Below are positions 60,870 to 64,000 of a DNA stretch of 64,000 nt, one piece after another (position 1 is the stretch's first letter; the number at the start of each line of letters is the position of its first letter). Source of the DNA: the human T2T-CHM13v2.0 reference genome, Homo sapiens. The position numbers and the translations under genes are program-made. Location of the stretch: assembly GCA_009914755.4 (NCBI GenBank), contig CP086569.2:20672001-20736000 (forward strand), read 5' to 3'. Below the pieces are notes generated by a model. It was not told where the DNA came from, ran no database searches, and saw only the letters and a list, made by a program, of their open reading frames with translations.

Positions 60870-62600
60870 ATCTACAGATCTAAGCCAACTTGTATAATAC
60901 TTCAGTGACATTTTTTACAAAAATAATAATTTTCTAAACAGACAGAAACACACACAAGAAAGAATAGTCAAAAATATTGAAGAACTGAGCTTGTGGATTT
61001 TACAATCTAACTTTAAAATATTCTACAAAGCTATCATAAATAAACCAGCACATAATTTACATTAAACAGACACAAAAATTAATGGAATAGAATGGAGAGT
61101 CATCACATATTTCCATGTATTTTTGGTCAAGTATTTTTGACAAAGTGCCAAGAAGACACAATAGAAAAAGGACAGACTCTTTAAAGTATAAGGTTTGAAA
61201 TTTTGATGTATACATGCAGAACAGTATGATTCTACTCTTATCTCACATTATGTATTATAATAATTCAACTTGTAATTGATTAAAGGCTTAGATATGAGAC
61301 CTGAGTTTGTAAGACTATTAGAAAATAATAGAAAAAACTCCATGAGATTGTATGTGCAATTGTTATTATATATACTGAATAATGGAGGCAACCAAAGCAA
61401 AAATAGAAAAATTAAATTACAATAAACTAAAGAGCTTCAGCACAACAAGGTAAAAATAAATGATAAAGGAAATAATATCCAAATAGAGAAAATATTCACA
61501 ATTCATACTTCTGATAAAAAGTTATCATAATTATTATTAATATTAAGTATTTGTAGGGAACTCAACTAAATAGCAATATTTAAAGTGTGTATTGAACTCA
61601 ACTAAATAGCAAAAATCAAATTATTAATATTATTAATATATTAATTAATATTTTAATTAAAAATGTGTATTGAACTCAACTAAATAGCAAGAAAACAAAT
61701 TATTAATTAAAAAAGGGACAAACAACCCAAATGAAAATCTCTTACAAAATCTCACAGAAATAGCCAACATATATATGAAAAGTGCTGATTAGTACTCATT
61801 AGAAAAATGCAAATTGAAACCATGATTAAATATTACCTTATACAATTTTCAAAAGTTCTTATTTAAAAGACAAAAAAAGTGTTGATGAGGATATGTAAAA
61901 AGTTGAATCCTTGCATACTGCTGGTGGCAATGTAAATTAGCACAGCTATTATAAAAAACAGTTTACAAATTCTTCAGAAATTTTAAAATAGAACTACCAT
62001 AGTATCCAACAATCTCACCACTGGGTATACATTTATGGGAAATAATATTAGTGTGTTGAAATACCTGCACTTTCATATTTATTGCAGAACTATTTGCAAT
62101 GGGTAAGGTGTAGAAAAAGCTCTCTATCAGCAAATAAATATTTATAGAAAATGTGCCATATATATAATACATATATATAATATTCCAATGGAATATTATG
62201 TAAAAGCCTTAAAAGCAGGGGAAGTTCTGTTATTTATGGTAACATGTTGGAACTTGAAAGACATTATGTTAAATTAGAAAAGATGGGTACATAAAGAAAA
62301 ATTCCACAAAATCTCTCTCATGTGAAATGTAAATAACATATATCATATATATAATTGAAAAATAAAAATTATCAACTGTACAGAAGTCTAACTTCAAATA
62401 GAAAAGCAAAGATACCAGCTTTTAAATCAAGAATTGAGCTATTTTAAGTTACTGAGAAAGATAGCAGTTAGGAGACAGAGCTAATGTGCACCTCACACCT
62501 GGATGGAAAGAACAGTGTGAAGTGTTTGCATCAGAAAACACTGCAGCAATGTACCAAGAAAACAGAAAGAGTTATCAGATCATTTGAAAGAAGCAGCATA
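60870..62600 (+). mobile_element. Very old L1 (L1M-type) 3' portion (ORF2 C-terminal region and 3'UTR remnants), containing an internal ~65 bp tandem duplication at ~61540-61700
   Basis: ..NKKMQIETMIKYYLIQFSKVLI*KTKKVLMRICKKLNPCILLVAM*ISTAIIKNSLQILQKF*NRTTIVSNNLTTGYTFMGNNISVLKYLHFHIYCRTICNG*GVEKALYQQINIYRKCAIYIIHIYNIPMEYYVKALKAGEVLLFMVTCWNLKDIMLN*KRWVHKEKFHKISLM*NVNNIYHIYN*KIKIINCTEV*LQIEKQRYQLLNQELSYFKLLRKIAVRRQS*CAPHTWMERTV*SVCIRKHCSNVPRKQKELSDHLKEAAYHYEFY matches the L1 ORF2 C-terminus (..[74 protein letters not shown]..). Duplication gaactcaactaaatagcaa(t/a)a.ttaaagtgtgtattgaactcaactaaatagcaa.. appears at 61559 / 61596 / 61662. Confidence 0.7.
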
Positions 62601-62699
62601 CCACTATGAATTTTACAAGACAGGTTAAAAATGAGTTCCCAAAATATGAGAGGTAAAACAAGAGCTTGCTCTTGAACGTCAGTTGTGTTTTAATGAGAA

Positions 62700-63350
62700 C
62701 AACTTCATCTTGAATAGATGCCGAGCAATAAGGCTGAGACCTGCTAGGCTGCATTCCCAGGAGGTTACTCCTTTTTAGTCAAAGGATGAGATAGAAAGTA
62801 GGCATAAAGATACAGGTCACAAAGCTCTTGCTGAGAAAACAGGTTGCAGTAAATAAACCAGATAAAACCCACCAAAACCAGGATGGGAATGAGAGTAACC
62901 ATTGGTTGTCCTCACTGCTGCAGTCCTGTCAGTGCCATGACAGTTTACAAATGCCATGGCAATGTCAGGAAGTTACCTCATATAGTCTAAAAAGGGGAGC
63001 TGCACCCATGTATACATATGTAACAAACCAGCACATTGTGCACATGTACCCTAAAACTTAAAGTATAATAATAATAATAATAAAAGGTTAAATAAATAAA
63101 TATAAAAAATAAAAAAATGAAAAGGGGAGGCATAAATAATCAATGCTTATTTAGAATATAATCAAGAAATAACCATAAAAACAGGCAAGCAGCAGCCCTT
63201 GAGGCTGCTTGGCCTATAGAGTAGGCATTCTTTATTCCTTTACTTTCTTAATGAAGTTGCTTTCATTTGACTGTATGGATTCACCCCAAATATTTTCTTG
63301 TGTGATATCAAGAACCCTTATCAGGGGAATCTGCCCCTGATAGTCACATA
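62700..63350 (+). repeat. ERV LTR (class I-like, family not assigned) carrying a short L1 insertion
   Basis: ...gccatggcaatgtcaggaagttacctcatatagtctaaaaagggg [L1] aggggaggcataaataatcaatgcttatttagaatataatcaagaaataaccataaaaacaggcaagcagcagcccttgaggctgcttggcctatagagtaggcattctttattcctttactttcttaatgaagttgctttcatttgactgtatggattcaccccaaatattttcttgtgtgatatcaagaaccc. Has LTR-like U3/R features (AATAAA-like ctttatt), and I recall this motif series from human ERV LTRs; boundaries approximate. Confidence 0.5.
63001..63125 (+). mobile_element. Severely 5'-truncated L1 3'-end insertion (~125 bp incl. A-rich tail) inside the LTR, with ~10 bp TSD
   Basis: ctgcacccatgtatacatatgtaacaaaccagcacattgtgcacatgtaccctaaaacttaaagtataataataataataataaaaggttaaataaataaatataaaaaataaaaaaatgaaa. 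Flanks taaaaaggggag / gaaaaggggagg. Confidence 0.85.
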
Positions 63351-64000
63351 GGTTCTTTTCTATTTTCCCTAAGTATTGGCTGATCTGAGAAATAAAGGGA
63401 CAGAGTATAAAAGAGAAATTTTAAATCTGGGTGTCCAGGGGAGACATCACATGTCAGCAGGTTCTATGATGCCCCCCAAGCCACAAAACCAGCAAGTTTT
63501 ATTAATGATTTTCAAAAAGGGAGGGAGTTATGAATCTGGTGTGGGTCACAGAGATCACATGCTTCACAAGGTAATAATATATCACAAAGCAAATGGAGGC
63601 AGGGTGAGATCACAGGACCACAGGACCAGGGTGAAATTAAAATTGCTAATGAAGTTTCGGGAATGCATTTTCATTGATAACATCTTATCAGGAGACAGGG
63701 TTTGAGAGCAGACAACCGATCTGACCAAAATTTATTAGGTGGGAATTTCATCATCCTAATAAGCCTGGGAGTGCTATGGGAGACTGGGGCTTATTTCATC
63801 CCTACAGCTGTGACCATAAAAGACAGCCACCCCCAAAGCAGTCATTTCAGAGGCCTACCCTCAGGGACACATCTGTTTCTCAGGGATGTTCCTTGCTGAG
63901 AAAAAGAATTCAATGATATTTCTCCCATTTGCTTTTGAAAGAAAAGAAATATGGCTCTGTTCCACCTGGCTCACCAGCAGTCAGAGTTTACAGTTATCTC
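63350..64000 (+). repeat. Additional LTR-like repeat at the window edge (possibly LTR12/HERV9-type; tentative)
   Basis: ...ttgctaatgaagtttcgggaatgcattttcattgataacatcttatcaggagacagggtttgagagcagacaaccgatctgaccaaaatttattaggtgggaatttcatcatcctaataagcctgggagtgctatggg...ttccttgctgagaaaaagaattcaatgatatttctcccatttgcttttgaaagaaaagaaatatggctctgttccacctggctcaccagcagtcagagtttacagttatctc. Identification is from memory of LTR12-like sequence and is uncertain. Confidence 0.3.

Noticed and set aside
63376-63899. Two consecutive + strand ORFs (109 and 65 aa) at the window edge
   Set aside because: They lie in LTR-like repeat sequence with no recognisable protein similarity. They are short and have no start-context or splice evidence; most likely chance ORFs.

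Overview
This window reads as primate (human-type) nuclear DNA, not a prokaryotic locus. It is an AT-rich, transposon-saturated region. I recognise at least 14 Alu SINEs with poly-A tails, several carrying target-site duplications (TSDs), which by itself places the sequence in a primate genome. Well over half of the window is LINE-1 (L1) in nested layers. These include old L1M/L1PB-type copies and a full-length but ORF-disrupted L1PA-type element on the + strand (~36171-42150). There is also a near-full-length L1PA on the - strand (~26950-32215) nested inside an older L1, and a young L1PA (~14226-18231) with an internal 5'UTR-to-ORF2 deletion. A further L1PA 3' end shows a classic twin-priming inversion (21431-22785). 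The second major component is a ~8.6 kb endogenous retrovirus provirus on the - strand (43917-52549), integrated into a pre-existing Alu. It has two diverged ~510-526 bp LTRs, a tRNA-Lys-like primer binding site, a polypurine tract, and TATA and AATAAA signals in its 5' LTR. Its gag (with internal tandem repeats and a zinc knuckle), protease, RT (YMDD), integrase-region and env-TM remnants are recognisable but interrupted by stops and frameshifts, and a younger Alu sits inside RT. Other content: a MaLR-type LTR element (~23470-25533), LTR-like sequence at the 3' edge (62700-64000) carrying a short L1 insertion with a TSD, several microsatellites, and a 3.5-copy ~270 bp tandem array (53480-54415). 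I cannot support any cellular protein-coding exon, RNA gene or CRISPR array. Every sizeable ORF in the provided track translates to transposon-derived protein (L1 ORF1p/ORF2p, retroviral Gag/Pro/Pol/Env) or runs through Alu or tandem-repeat sequence. The suggestion of a novel biological system is not borne out by what I can read. The interesting material is structural: nested insertions, an ERV-in-Alu integration, twin priming, and unusual internal rearrangements of individual repeats.
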